Of a DNA stretch of 64,000 nt, positions 52,900-64,000 are shown piece after piece. The DNA is taken from assembly GCA_010909165.1 (NCBI GenBank), contig VJWM01000218.1, positions 1 to 64,000 on the forward strand, read 5' to 3'. How positions within the stretch are numbered: position 1 is the first letter of the stretch; each line of letters opens with the position of its first letter. This DNA is from Anthoceros angustus. Taxonomy: Eukaryota > Plantae > Anthocerotophyta. Below the pieces are notes generated by a model. The model ran no database searches, was not told the DNA's origin, and saw only the letters and a program-made list of their open reading frames with translations. The translations under genes were made by a program, and so were the position numbers.

Positions 52900-53413
52900 T
52901 AGTGTCTTCGTTACGAAGTAGAGGATTCCTTGACAACCCATCAGCGTTAGAGTGAACTCTACCTGCTCGGTGTTCGTTGACAAAGTCATACTCCTGGAGA
53001 ATGAGAGCCCACCTCGCCAACTTTCCTGTAAGCTTGGCGTTCGTCATCAACCAGTGCAAGGGTTGATGGTCGGTGATTAGTCGAAATTGATGTCCAAACA
53101 AGTACGGACGAAAGTGTCCGACTGCCCACACTGCTGCAAGACATTCTCCTTCATAGGCAGAGTAGTTGGACTCCGCCTGGTTGTTGCTCCGACTGGCATA
53201 GGCAATGACATGTTCCTCTTCCTTGTCATTGATCTGCGCCAAGACTGCCCCTATGCCGTACTTGCTCCAATCAGTGTAAAGTACGAACGGCTTACTGAAG
53301 TTTGGATGACCAAGAATTGGCGAGCTCATGAGTCTACCCTTCAACTCCATGAAAGCTGACTCCTCCTCTTGAGTCCAACGCCAAGTCACCAACTTCTTCA
53401 ACAAGTCATTCAA
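52900..53413 (-). CDS. Gypsy RNase H
   Basis: PFVLYTDWSKYGIGAVLAQ, VIAYASRS, NYSAYEGECLAAVWAVGHFRPYLFG, TDHQPL, ARWALILQEYDF, NADGLSR. Confidence 0.96.
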
Positions 53414-54210
53414 TGGCCGCGCAATCCGCTCATCCGCGGAATGAACTTCCTGTAGTAACCGCCAAACCCAAGAATGCCCTCAACTTGAGATGTCGTTTGG
53501 CACAGGAATGCGCGATTGCCTCCACCTTGGTGGCATGCGGCGAGATCCGTCGCGTGATCCAATGACCCAAGTACAACACCTTATCCTCTCCAAATCGACA
53601 CTTCCTGGATGGGCCTTCAACCCACAAGCGGCCCGGTCTAGCAAAGACGCTCAAGATGTTGTAGATGCTCCTCAAAGGTATTGCTGAAGATGATGACGTC
53701 ATCAATGTAGCACTTGGCGAAATGCAAGTCCTTGAGCTCATTGTCCATGTACCTTTGGAGCTGCGTTGGCGATGTCTTCAACCCAAATGGCATGTAATTC
53801 CACTCGTACAAGCAATCTACGCCGAACGCGTTTTCTTCTTGTCTTCTTGATCTCTACTTGGTGAAACCCTAGCCTCAAGTCCAATGTTGAGAAGAACTTG
53901 GCACCCAATGGTGTCGAAGATCTCTTGACGTCGGCATGGGATAGTGGTCATGTGGGATTCGCTCGTTCAACGGCCGATAGTCACCACACATTCTCCTCTC
54001 CGTCCACAATCCATTCTCATCCTTCTTTTGGAAGCATCGCATGCGTCTGCGAGTTAGATCGTCGAATCAGCCCTAGCTTGAGAAGCTCTTGGCATCGATT
54101 CTCAACCAAATCCCACTCCCTTGAGCCAGCCTCTGCGGAACCTTTGGTTCATCCGTGGTCGATTCTATGTGGAACTTCCCTTTGGTGTACTTCCCCATCT
54201 CCATAGCGTG
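53414..54210 (-). CDS. Gypsy reverse transcriptase, frameshifted as assembled
   Basis: YEWNYMPFGLK (~53810-53777), CYIDDVIIFS (~53711-53682), KCRFGEDKVLYLGH, LRAFLGLA. Confidence 0.93.
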
Positions 54211-54439
54211 AAAGCAAACACATGTCGCGATGCCTCCAACAACTCCTTTAGCCGACGCTGATTGCTCTTCAACTCGGCCTGTTAACCACTCATGTGGTGT
54301 GGCTCGATGGCTTGCACGCTTCCTCTCGTGCTCGCTCTCCTTGCCCTCCAAACTCGCCTTCTCCTGTTGAGATGCGAGTGCGAATGTCCTTCACCCACCG
54401 AACCCGCTTCAACCCCGCCTTCTTGGTTTGAAGTTGGTA

Positions 54440-55725
54440 AGCGACTCCAGCTAAACAACCAGTCATCATGTTCACGTCAAATGCTTGCCCAAGCAATCGA
54501 CACCATTCCTTCTCGGTCACTCCCGGTGTCTTCGTGGCTCCGGCAGCAAATCCCATGGCCAACTCCCTCTCTGTGGCTGTTGGCTCTCCCAAGGCCTCGC
54601 CATGTCTATCCACCACAACGCCAGGGCCATGGTTCCTGAAGGCGTAAGACTTGGACTTGGACACAAAGGTTGGCCAAGCCGCCATGGGGTGTCCAGGCGT
54701 GTTCACAGGGAAGTGCGGCAGCTTGTCAGTCTTGATGACTTGTTGGGCATGCCTTCCCGATGCTAGCACATCCTTGACAACATGATTAGGTCGCTTGGTG
54801 AACGACCTCGCACACTTCAAATGTTCCAAGGGAGCAAGGTTAGTCCACATGGACCTCAACCTATGAGCCCTCGAACCAAATTGAGTGCATCCAATAGAAG
54901 CTCGACCCAACTCCTCTCTGTGGTGTTGGCTCTCCCAAGGCCTCGCCATGTCATCCACCACAACGCCGGGCCATGGTTCAAGGCGTAAGACTTGGACTTA
55001 GACACAAAGGTTGGCCAAGCCGCCATGGGGTGTCCAGCGTGTTCACAGGAAGTGCGGCTTGTCGCCTTGATGACTTGTTGGGCATGCCTTCCGATGCTAG
55101 CACATCCTTGACAACATGATTAGGTCGCTTGGTGAACGACCTCGCACACTTCAAATGTTCCAAGGGAGCAAGGTTAGTCCACATGGACCTCAACCTATGA
55201 GCCCTCGAACCAAATTGAGTGCATCCAATAGAAGCTCGACCCAACACTCCTCGGATCGTGGCAAAGTCCTCCGAACTTGCTTCTTCACGCTCATGCATGC
55301 TGGCACATTCTCCAACATGTATCCACAAGGCCTTTCTTGCCCTTTCTGGATCAAGCGCAAGATCCTCATCAGGTCATAGAACAATGCTGTTCGTGGATCC
55401 TTCAGACCTTGACCCTTGCCTGCAGAGGATAGTCCTTGACACTCCCAACCTGCGATGACAAGGTCCACCGGTTGCCCAAGACAACTCAAATGGGACAACC
55501 CTATCATGCGAACATCCATCGGCAGCGCCTTCTGGTAACCCTTCACTGACTCCCACGTCAGGAGGTTAGGGTACTCCCCCATCAAGTCTCTTACGCGCTT
55601 CTGTGACACAATCCTTGCTTTTGGATCCGGGTCACAATGCACGTATCTTCGCACTTTGATGCCACACTTTAGCACCGCCCAAGCCGATCGATGCCTCCAA
55701 AGAGTTCCACGAGCACTATGCCGTC
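54440..55725 (-). CDS. DNMT3-like cytosine-5 DNA methyltransferase domain within the gypsy polyprotein (includes a ~350-bp internal duplication)
   Basis: Motif I VLVELFGGI; motif IV PVDLVIAGWECQGLSSAG; GLKDPRTALFYDLMRIL; motif VI YMLENV; motif VIII GSRAHRLRSMWTNL; motifs IX-X PTATERELAMGF...RLLGQAFDV, in canonical (non-permuted) order. Confidence 0.92.
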
Positions 55726-55949
55726 TTCCGAGGTCGCCATGTGATGACCGGTGTTTAGGTCACAAACAGGCTCAACCCTAGGCAAGAACTTACAGTTCTC
55801 GGCTCATAGGACCGGTCCTCTTGCACCATCCTCCACAGCTTTTGCACGGCTCATTGCTGCGTCCGCTCCGTCCGAGTGACTTGAAGAACCTCCTCCGAGG
55901 GTGGTTGCAACCCTAGCTTGTTTTCCTCCTCCTCGTCGAAATCCTCCAT

Positions 55950-56500
55950 CGTCGATGGTTGTTAGACACACGCCAAGAGGTTCAAGCACGTATGGCGTGT
56001 CCTTCACCATGGCGCCAAACACTGGGTAGACGCTGTTGGCAATGAGGTTCTCATGATCCTTGCCATGCAGCTGTAGAGGGATGCGGGCAATCCGTTCATC
56101 GGTTTTGCTCCAGCTTCTCCAGCCTGGTCGATAGTAGACTGTCTCCGTCCACAAATCCACCATGACTCCAGGTTTGTACAAAGCGTCCGCTCCCAGCAAG
56201 ACATCAAATGTGTCTGCATCAGTGACCAAGCAGTGTACCTCGACAAAGGTGAAGTCTGCTATTCTTGGTTTGAATGAAACCTTCAGCTTGTACCTTGTCA
56301 CCCCCAACACATGCTCCGTGGTCCCAGGTACGGATCTTCCACTTGGTTTCCTTCAACCTTTCTTGGTGGAGACCCAACGCTTCCTTCACTCTTCTTCCAA
56401 CGATCACCTGTGCTCCGGTGTCAATCAACACCCTCCTTGGTGCGAATCCATTGATTTCAATGTGCCTCTCCGATTGTTGACCAAAGCCACTCCCACTCGT
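55950..56500 (-). CDS. Gypsy aspartic protease
   Basis: IEINGF..RRVLIDTGAQV...FDVLLGADAL. Confidence 0.88.
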
Positions 56501-56849
56501 GCGACATTCCGCTTCTCCACGAGATGCTTGGCTCGAGGTCGAATGACATCATTGCCACTGTTGTGGCACATTGTCGACACTTCGTCTTCAAGGGTTGTCA
56601 ACATCCGCCGAGTCAAACCCCGACTTCCTTCACGCTCAACCCCATGTCTTGTAAATGAAACATGGCATCTCCAGCTTTTGTGCCATCGTCTCCGTCCAAT
56701 CTGTGCATGGGTTTCTCCACATCGCCCACTGGACTTTGATGTTGCTCCACAGTTGCTCCTGGCAATGGCTCAAACGACTTTGGCATCTTGGCATAGGTTC
56801 GGAAGAGGATCCGAAGCTTCCTTCCGTGTCTTCCGCCTTCTTGGTTTTC

Positions 56850-57775
56850 GGTTGGTAAGCGACTCCGCTAAACAACCAGTCATCATGTTCACGTCAAATG
56901 CTTGCCCAAGCAATCGACACCGTTCCTTCTCGGTCACTCCGGTGTCTTCGTGGCTCGATCAAATCCCATGGCCAACTCCTCTCTGTGGTTGGCTCTCCCA
57001 AGGCCTCGCCATGTCTCCACCACAACGCCGGGCCATGGTTCAAGGCGTAAGACTTGGACTTAGACACAAAGGTTGGCCAAGCCGCCATGGGGTGTCCAGC
57101 GTGTTCACAGGAAGTGCGGCAGCTTGTCGCCTTGATGACTTGTTGGGCATGCCTTCCGATGCTAGCACATCCTTGACAACATGATTAGGTCGCTTGGTGA
57201 ACGACCTCGCACACTTCAAATGTTCCAAGGGAGCAAGGTTAGTCCACATGGACCTCAACCTATGAGCCCTCGAACCAAATTGAGTGCATCCAATAGAAGC
57301 TCGACCCAACACTCCTCGGATCGTGGCAAAGTCCTCCGAACTTGCTTCTTCACGCTCATGCATGCCGGCACATTCTCCAACATGTATCCACAAGGCCTTT
57401 CTTGCCCTTTCTCGGATCAAGCGCAAGATCCTCATCGTCATAGAACAATGCTGTTCGTGGATCCTTCAGACCTTGACCCTTGCCTGCAGAGGATAGTCCT
57501 TGACACTCCCAACCTGCGATGACAAGGTCCACCGGTTGCCCAAGACAACTCAAATGGGACAACCCTATCATGCGAACATCCATCGGCAGCGCCGGTAACC
57601 CTTCACCGACTCCCACGCCGAGGTTAGGTACTCCCCATCAAGTCTCTTACGCTCGTGACACAATCCTTGCTTTTGGATCCGGGTCACAATGCACGATCTT
57701 CGCACTTTGATGCCACACTTTAGCACCGCCCAAGCCGATCGATGCCTCCAAAGAGTTCCACGAGCACTATGCCGT
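56850..57775 (-). CDS. Second copy of the DNMT domain
   Basis: Repeats ELFGGI, DLVIAGWECQGLSSAGKG, ENV and AHRLRSMWTNL; near-identical to 54440-55725. Confidence 0.85.
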
Positions 57776-58059
57776 CTTCCCGAGGTCGCCATGTGATGAC
57801 CGGTGTTTAGGTCACAAACAGGCTCAACCCTAGGCAAGAACTTACAGTTCTCGGCTCATAGGACCGGTCCTCTTGCACCATCCTCCACAGCCTTTTGCAC
57901 GGCTCATTGCTGATCACCAGCTCCGTCCGAGTGACTTGAAGAACCTCCTCCGAGGGTGGTTGCAACCCTAGCTTGTTTTCCTCCTCCTCGCCGAAATCCT
58001 CCATCGGGTGTTGTTGTTAGACACACGCCAAGAGGTTCAAGCACGTATGGCGTGTCCTT

Positions 58060-61000
58060 CACTACGGCGCCAAACACTGGGTAGACGCTGGCAATGAGGT
58101 TCTCATGATCCTTGCCATGCAGAGGGATGCGGGCAATCCGTTCATCTTTTGCTCCAGCTTCTCCACTGGTCGATAGTAGACTGTCTCCGTCCACAAATCC
58201 ACCATGACTGTGTTTGTACAAAGCGTCCGCTCCCAAAGAAGACATCAAAAGTGTCGCATCGGTGACCAAGCGGTACCTCGACAAAGGTGAAGTCTGCTGT
58301 TCTTGGTTTGAATGAAACCTTCAGCTTGTACCTTGTCACCCCCAACACATGCTCCGTGGTCCCATGTCCGGATCTTCCACTTGGTTTCCTTCAACCTTTC
58401 TTGGTGGAGACCCAACGCTTCCTTCACTCTTCTTCCAACGATCACCGGTGTCAATCAACACCCTCCTTGGTGCGAATCCATTGATTTCAATGTGCCTCTC
58501 CGATTGTTGACCAAAGCCACTCCCACTCGTGCGACATTCCGCTTCTCCACGAGATGCTTGGCTCGAGGTCGAATGACATCATTGCCACTGTTGTGGCACA
58601 TTGTCGACACTTCGTCTTCAAGGGTTGTCAACATCCGCCGAGTCAAACCCCGACTTCCTTCACGCTCAACCCCATGTCTTGTAGGTGAAACATGGCATCT
58701 CCAGCTTTTGTGCCATCGTCTCCGTCCAATCTGCATGGGTTTCTCCACATCGCCCACTGGACTTTGATGTTGCTCCACAGTTGCTCCTGGCAATGGCTCA
58801 AACGACTTTGGCATCTTGGCATAGGTTCGGAAGAGGATCCGAAGCTTCCTTCCGTGTCTTCCGCCTTCTGTCAAGACATCCTCTTCTTCCTCTGAGCTAT
58901 CTTCTCTCGTAGCTGCCAGAGGTTTCTTCCCCTTGCCCTTGGATCTGGTCACGGTCGCCATGTATCCAAGCTTGTGCTCATCTTCTTCGTCCTCCGATGA
59001 TGAACTGCTGCTCTCCTTGATCTTCTTCGCACTTTGATGCCACACTTTAGCACCGCCCAAGCCGATCGATGCCTCCAAAGAGTTCCACGAGCACTATGCC
59101 GTCTTCCCGAGGTCGCCATGTGATGATGGTGTTTAGGTCACAAACAGGCTCAACCCTAGGCAAGAACTTACGTAGTTCTCCGGCTCATAGGACCGGTCCT
59201 CTTGCACCATCCTCCACAGCCTTTTGCACGGCTCATTCACCATCTCGAGTGACTTGAAGAACCTCCTCCGAGGGTGGTTGCAACCCTAGCTTGTTTTCCT
59301 CCTCGCCGAAATCCTCCATCGTCCGGGTTGTTAGACACACGCCAAGAGGTTCAAGCACGTATGGCGTGTCCTTCACTACGGCGCCAAACACTGGGTAGAC
59401 GCTGGCAATGAGGTTCTCATGATCCTTGCCATGCAGCTGCAGAGGGATGTGGGCAATCCGTTCATCAGTTTTGCTCCAACTTCTCCAGCCCGGTCGATAG
59501 TAGACTGTCTCCGTCCACAAATCCACCATGACTCCAGGTTTGTACAAAGCGTCTGCTCCCAATAAGACATCAAATGTGTCTGCATCAGTGACCAAGCAGT
59601 GTACCTCGACAATGGTGAAGTCCGCTGTTCTTGGTTTGAATGAAACCTTCAGCTTGTACCTTGTCACCCCCAACACATGCTCTGTGGTCCCACCGCGGGT
59701 CCGGATCTTCCACTTGGTTTCCTTCAACCTTTCTTGGTGGAGACCCAACGCCTTCACTCTTCTTCCAACGATCACCGTGCTCTGTCAATCAACACCTCCT
59801 TGGTGCGAATCCATTGATTTCAATGTGCCTCTCCGATTGTTGACCAAAGCCACTCCCACTGCAAAGATTCCGCTTCCACAGATGCTTGGCCCGAGGTCGA
59901 ATGACATCATTGCCACTGTTGTGGCACATTGTCGACACTTGCTTCAAGGGTTGTCAACATCCGCCGAGTCAAACCCCGACTTCCTTCACGCCAACCCCAT
60001 GTCTTGTAGGTCAAACATGGCATCTCCGAAGCTTTTGTGCCATCGCCTCAAGAACTGCATGGGTTTCTCCACATCGCCCACTGACTTTGATGTTGCTCCA
60101 CAGTTGCTCCTGGCAATGGCTCAAACGACTTTGGCATCTTGGCATAGGTTCGGAAGAGGATCCCAAGCTTCCTTCCGTGTCTTCCGACCGGTGTCAAGAC
60201 ATCCTCTTCTTCCTCGAGCTATCTTCTCGTAGCCAGAGGTTTCTTCCTGCCCTTGATCCGGTCACGCCGCCATGTATCCAAGCTTGTGCTCATCTTCGTC
60301 CTCGATGATGAACGCTGCTCTCCTTGATCTTCGCCTTCGCACCAACTTCTCCAGCTTTGCGAGGCGTGCCACGTAGCTGTCCATCGTCTTCTTTGATGCT
60401 TCCCGTTTCTTTTGTCCACGGGACTTCGCCGGTGCCTCCTCCACGGCGCCTTTGCTCTTCGCTGATTTTGTGGATGAGGTTGACGCAGATGCATTGGCCG
60501 GGGTTGCTGCTCGATAACCCGTAGGCCGCAATTCGGATGCTTCTCCCAACATGCCGCTTCATTGTGCCCGTACCTCCCACAGCTAGGGCATGGCTCCTCA
60601 CCCTTGACTCCTCCGAATGCATGCTCGCACTCATGAGGGGAATGGTCCGTCCCTCGGCACCTCACGCAGGGCTCGTCACTGTGTGGGCTGGCTTGTCTCG
60701 CCGAGCTCCTCCACTCGACCTCCGCGTCGGTCATGTCGTCCACCACTCCTACTTGTCTTGGAGTAATCACTTGCAAAGACGAGAGAAAGTGTCGGGCCCT
60801 ATCTTGTCGACCATCTCGTACACTTCCTTGAGGGTGTAGTGTTGCCCTTCGTGTGCACCGCTTGTTGCACCTTCATGCGCGGTGCATATGGCAATGCCTG
60901 CAAGTACTTCTGCAGCCGATCGGTCACTCATGATCTTGGTGTCACGTACCAACTGGTCGATAGTAGACTGCCTCCGTCCACAAATCCACCATGACCTGTG

Positions 61001-61300
61001 TTTGTACAAAGCGTCCGCTCCAAGAAGACATCAAAAGTGTCGCATCGGTGACCAAGCGGTGTACCTCGACAAAGGTGAAGTCTGCTGTTCTTGGTTTGAA
61101 TGAAACCTTCAGCTTGTACCTTGTCACCCCAACACATGCTCCGTGGTCCTCGGATCTTCCACTTGGTTTCCTTCAACCTTTCTTGGTGGAGACCCAACGC
61201 CTTCACTCTTCTTCCAACGATCACCGGGCTTCCGGTGTCAATCAACACCCTCCTTGGTGCGAATCCATTGATTTCAATGTGCCTCCCGATTGTTGACCAA
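58060..61300 (-). repeat. Three further protease-region copies (~58080-58500, 59300-59830, 60950-61290) plus a DNMT motif I fragment (~59027-59100)
   Basis: KVSFKPRTADFT..V and the VDLWTE / DVLLGADAL region recur; ELFGGI-coding GATGCCTCCAAAGAGTTCCAC at ~59068. Confidence 0.85.
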
Positions 61301-63012
61301 AGCCACTCCCACTGCAAAGATTCCGCTTCTCCACGAGATGCTTGGCCCGAGGTCGAATGACATCATTGCCACTGTTGTGGCACATTGTCGACACTTGCTT
61401 CGTCTTCAAGGGTTGTCAACATCCGCCGAGTCAAACCCCGACTTCCTTCACGCTCAACCCCATGTCTTGTAGGTCAAACATGGCATCTCCGAAGCTTTTG
61501 TGCCATCGTCTCCGTCCAATCTGCATGGGTTTCTCCACATCGCCCACTGACTTTGATGTTGCTCCACAGTTGCTCCTGGCAATGGCTCAAACGACTTTGG
61601 CATCTTGGCATAGGTTCGGAAGAGGATCCCAAGCTTCCTTCCGTGTCTTCCGACCGGTGTCAAGACATCCTCTTCTTCCTCGAGCTATCTTCTCGTAGCC
61701 AGAGGTTTCTTCCCTGCCCTTGGATCCGGTCACCGCCATGTATCCAAGCTTGTGCTCATCTTCTTCGTCCTCGATGATGAACCGCTCTCCTTGATCTTCG
61801 CCTTCCGCACCAACTTCTCCAGCTTTGCAAGGCGTGCCACGTAGCTGTCCATCGCCTTCTTTGATGCTTCCCGCTTTCTTTTGTCCACGGGACTTCGGCC
61901 TCCTCCACGCCTTTGCTCTTGATTTTGTGGATGAGGTTGACGCAGATGCCGCTTGGATGCTTCTCCCAACATGCCGCTTCATTGTGCCTGCATACCTCCC
62001 ACACCTAGGGCATGGCTCCTCACCCTTGACTCCTCCGAATGCATGCTCGCACTCATGAGGGGAATGGTCCGTCCTCGGCACCTCACGCAGGGCTCGCCAC
62101 TTCTGGGCTGGCTTGTCTCCGAGCTCCTCCACTCGACCTCCGCGTCGGTCATGTCGCCCACCACTCCTACTTGTGGAGTAATCACTTGCACGAGAGAAAG
62201 TGTCGGGCCCTATCTTGTCACCATCTCGTACACTTCCTTGAGGGTGTAGTGTTGCCCTTCGTGTGCACCGCTTGTTGCACCTTCATGCGCATATGGCAAT
62301 GCCTGCAAGTACTTCTCGATGAAGTCCTCCTCGCCGAAATCCTCCATCGGTCACTCATGATCTTGGTGTCACGTAACCGGTCGATTCTTGATAAGCCATC
62401 TTGCGGTCTCGACTTCATCTTGAAGTGTGTCACCGGAGATCTTCTCATCCGTGCTTGCGAAACTCCAGGAAGATGTCAAACATCTCTTGATGGGATCGTG
62501 CCCACTCGGTGCCACTGCTCCGTCTGCACTGGTTCCTTCGGAGCTTGAACTGCTACTCGGTCCTCCAGCTGTGCCGCTCAACAGCCTCGCCTTGTGCTCG
62601 CGATAGCACGCCAATGCTTCATCCCCCAAGTACTTCGGCATTTGGATGAAGCCGTATCGCTTCGTGTATCCGGTCTTCAATTCCATCTCCGCACACACCG
62701 CACCGTACTTCTCGATGAAGTCCTCCAGTGGCAAGGTGCCCGCTGTCTGAACAACTCCATTCGATCCTTGTCTCCTCCCATCTTGACGACTCCAAGAGAC
62801 AAGTCCTCCTCGCCGCTCACCGAGTTGTCCGGCACTAACGTGTCTTGTGTGTTGCCACCAGATCCTTCAAAGATTGTTGATTGTGTCTGGGTTCCTCCGC
62901 GTCCTTGTGGTACCAAAATCGAGTGTCGCACTTCTCCTCTTGGTCGGGACTTGAATTCGCTCGATGGACTTGGTTGGTTGGTAGCTCCGTCCGGATCGAG
63001 TGTGTCGAGCAT
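60500..63012 (-). CDS. Gypsy gag fragments (two tandem CCHC knuckles, duplicated; N-terminal part 62369-63012)
   Basis: CVRCRGTDHSPHEC and CPSCGRYGHNEAAC at ~60670-60550, repeated at ~62090-61970; PLEDFIEKY...YLGDEALACY gag-like N-terminus. Confidence 0.8.
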
Positions 63013-63409
63013 GCACTCCAGGCGGTTAGTGGCTAGATCAAACCCTTAATCAAGGTTAACACACCCGCTATCTTAGATCGTGATTAGTGAAACCTCTAAG
63101 TATCTATGCATGTTAAAATCGCATAGAAATACTCTGCAGGCTATGTCGTAGTCAAAAGAAGTGAGCTGGGTGAGTTGGATAGCAAAGGCGTAGGAACTCC
63201 AGAGTTAAGCACCCGCGGGGTGGATCAGTACCTGGATGGGGTGCCGACAAACTAGGACTTTTGGACAGAAAGTCAAATCACATGGACTGATGACATACCC
63301 ATGTCTATCCGCTTCCCCTTATCCCTTGAATCCGGGGCCCAAGAGTAAAATACTCTTGTTTCTCCTTGGTTGGTTGGCCTTAAAAGGCCAGCCCCTGTGG
63401 AGGCCTCAT

Positions 63410-63690
63410 TCCTCTCCTTGGTAGGGCTTCTTGCCTCCTCCTTGGCCTTGGACTTGGGCTTCTTGCCTCCTCTCCTTGGCCTTGGACTTGGGCTTCGCCT
63501 CCTCTCCTTGGCCTTGGGCTTGGGCTTCTTCTCCTCCTCTCCTTGGCCTTGGACTTGGGCTTCGCCTCCTCTCCTTGGCCTTGGACTTGGGCTTCTTGCC
63601 TCCTCTCCTTGGCCTTGGGCTTCGCCTCCTCCTCCTCTCCTTGGCCTTGACTTGGCCTTCGCCTCCTCTCCTTGGCCTTAAGCCTTGGGC
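63410..63690. repeat. ~30-36-bp pyrimidine-rich minisatellite (CCTCTCCTTGGCCTTGGACTTGGGCTTC core, ~7-8 copies)
   Basis: Directly visible tandem repeats; minus strand reads KPKSKAKERR-like repeats. Confidence 0.9.
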
Positions 63691-63741
63691 ACACTTGAGA
63701 GTCCCTTGCCTACTTGCTTAAAGAACTAGCGTTGCCTCGTA

Positions 63742-64000
63742 GCCTCGCCTTGTGCTCGCGATAGCACGCCAATGCTTCATCCCCAAGTACTTGGCATTTG
63801 GATGAAGCCGTATCGCTTCGTGTATCCGGTCTTCAATTCCATCTCCGCACACACCGCACTGCATTTCTCGATGAAGTCCTCCAGGGCAAGGTGCCGCTCC
63901 TGAACAACTCCATTCGATCCTTGTCTCCTCCCATCTTGACGACTCCAAGAGACAAGTCCTCCTCGCCGCTCACCGAGTTGTCCGGCAAGACTAACGTGTC
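63742..64000 (-). repeat. Duplicate of gag segment ~62584-62840
   Basis: GCCTCGCCTTGTGCTCGCGATAGCACGCCAATGC...TGTCCGGCA occurs in both places. Confidence 0.9.

Larger units (their letters stand above)
50532..64000 (-). mobile_element. Ty3/gypsy LTR retrotransposon carrying a C5-DNA methyltransferase and a PHD finger; internally duplicated or mosaic
   Basis: Minus-strand order gag, PR, DNMT, RT, RH, INT, PHD, then LTR-like segment; 5' LTR/PBS not seen in window. Confidence 0.92.

Noticed and set aside
54440-55725. DNMT as a host DRM/DNMT3 gene or a bacterial restriction-modification methylase
   Set aside because: No introns, no UBA/PWWP domains, no DRM permutation and no endonuclease; it is embedded collinearly between gypsy PR and RT.
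56162-57184. 340-aa plus-strand ORF (longest in the track)
   Set aside because: Antisense to protease/DNMT coding sequence and crosses a duplication junction; no recognisable motifs.
50541-64000. DIRS/tyrosine-recombinase element (suggested by split repeats plus a methyltransferase)
   Set aside because: An aspartic protease and an HHCC/DDE-type integrase are present; no tyrosine recombinase motifs seen.
1-64000. rRNA/tRNA genes (the 5.4-kb array as rDNA)
   Set aside because: No rRNA or tRNA signature sequences recognised in the unit or elsewhere.

Overview
Plant-type, repeat-dense eukaryotic window with no ordinary housekeeping gene. The sequence is indel-rich, so many frameshifts may be assembly or basecalling errors. 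(1) Positions 1-45434 are a head-to-tail array of a ~5.4-kb unit. Each unit carries a secreted polypeptide-precursor gene (signal peptide plus 5-7 copies of a CLE/IDA-like RKPPSG(P/A)SxxN motif), a nonsense-mutated single-motif paralog and a probable degenerate LINE remnant. (2) A complete 11.06-kb CACTA/EnSpm transposon (242-11301, 13-bp TIRs, CGA target-site duplication) sits inside the first peptide gene. (3) A Ty1/copia element starts at 45435. (4) From ~50532 to the window end, a minus-strand Ty3/gypsy element reads gag - protease - DNMT3-like cytosine-5 methyltransferase - RT - RNase H - integrase - PHD finger, with many microhomology-bounded internal duplications. The two strongest candidates for something new are the methyltransferase+PHD retrotransposon in an apparent land-plant context and the amplified multi-peptide precursor array. 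All calls come from manual motif reading; no database searches were run.
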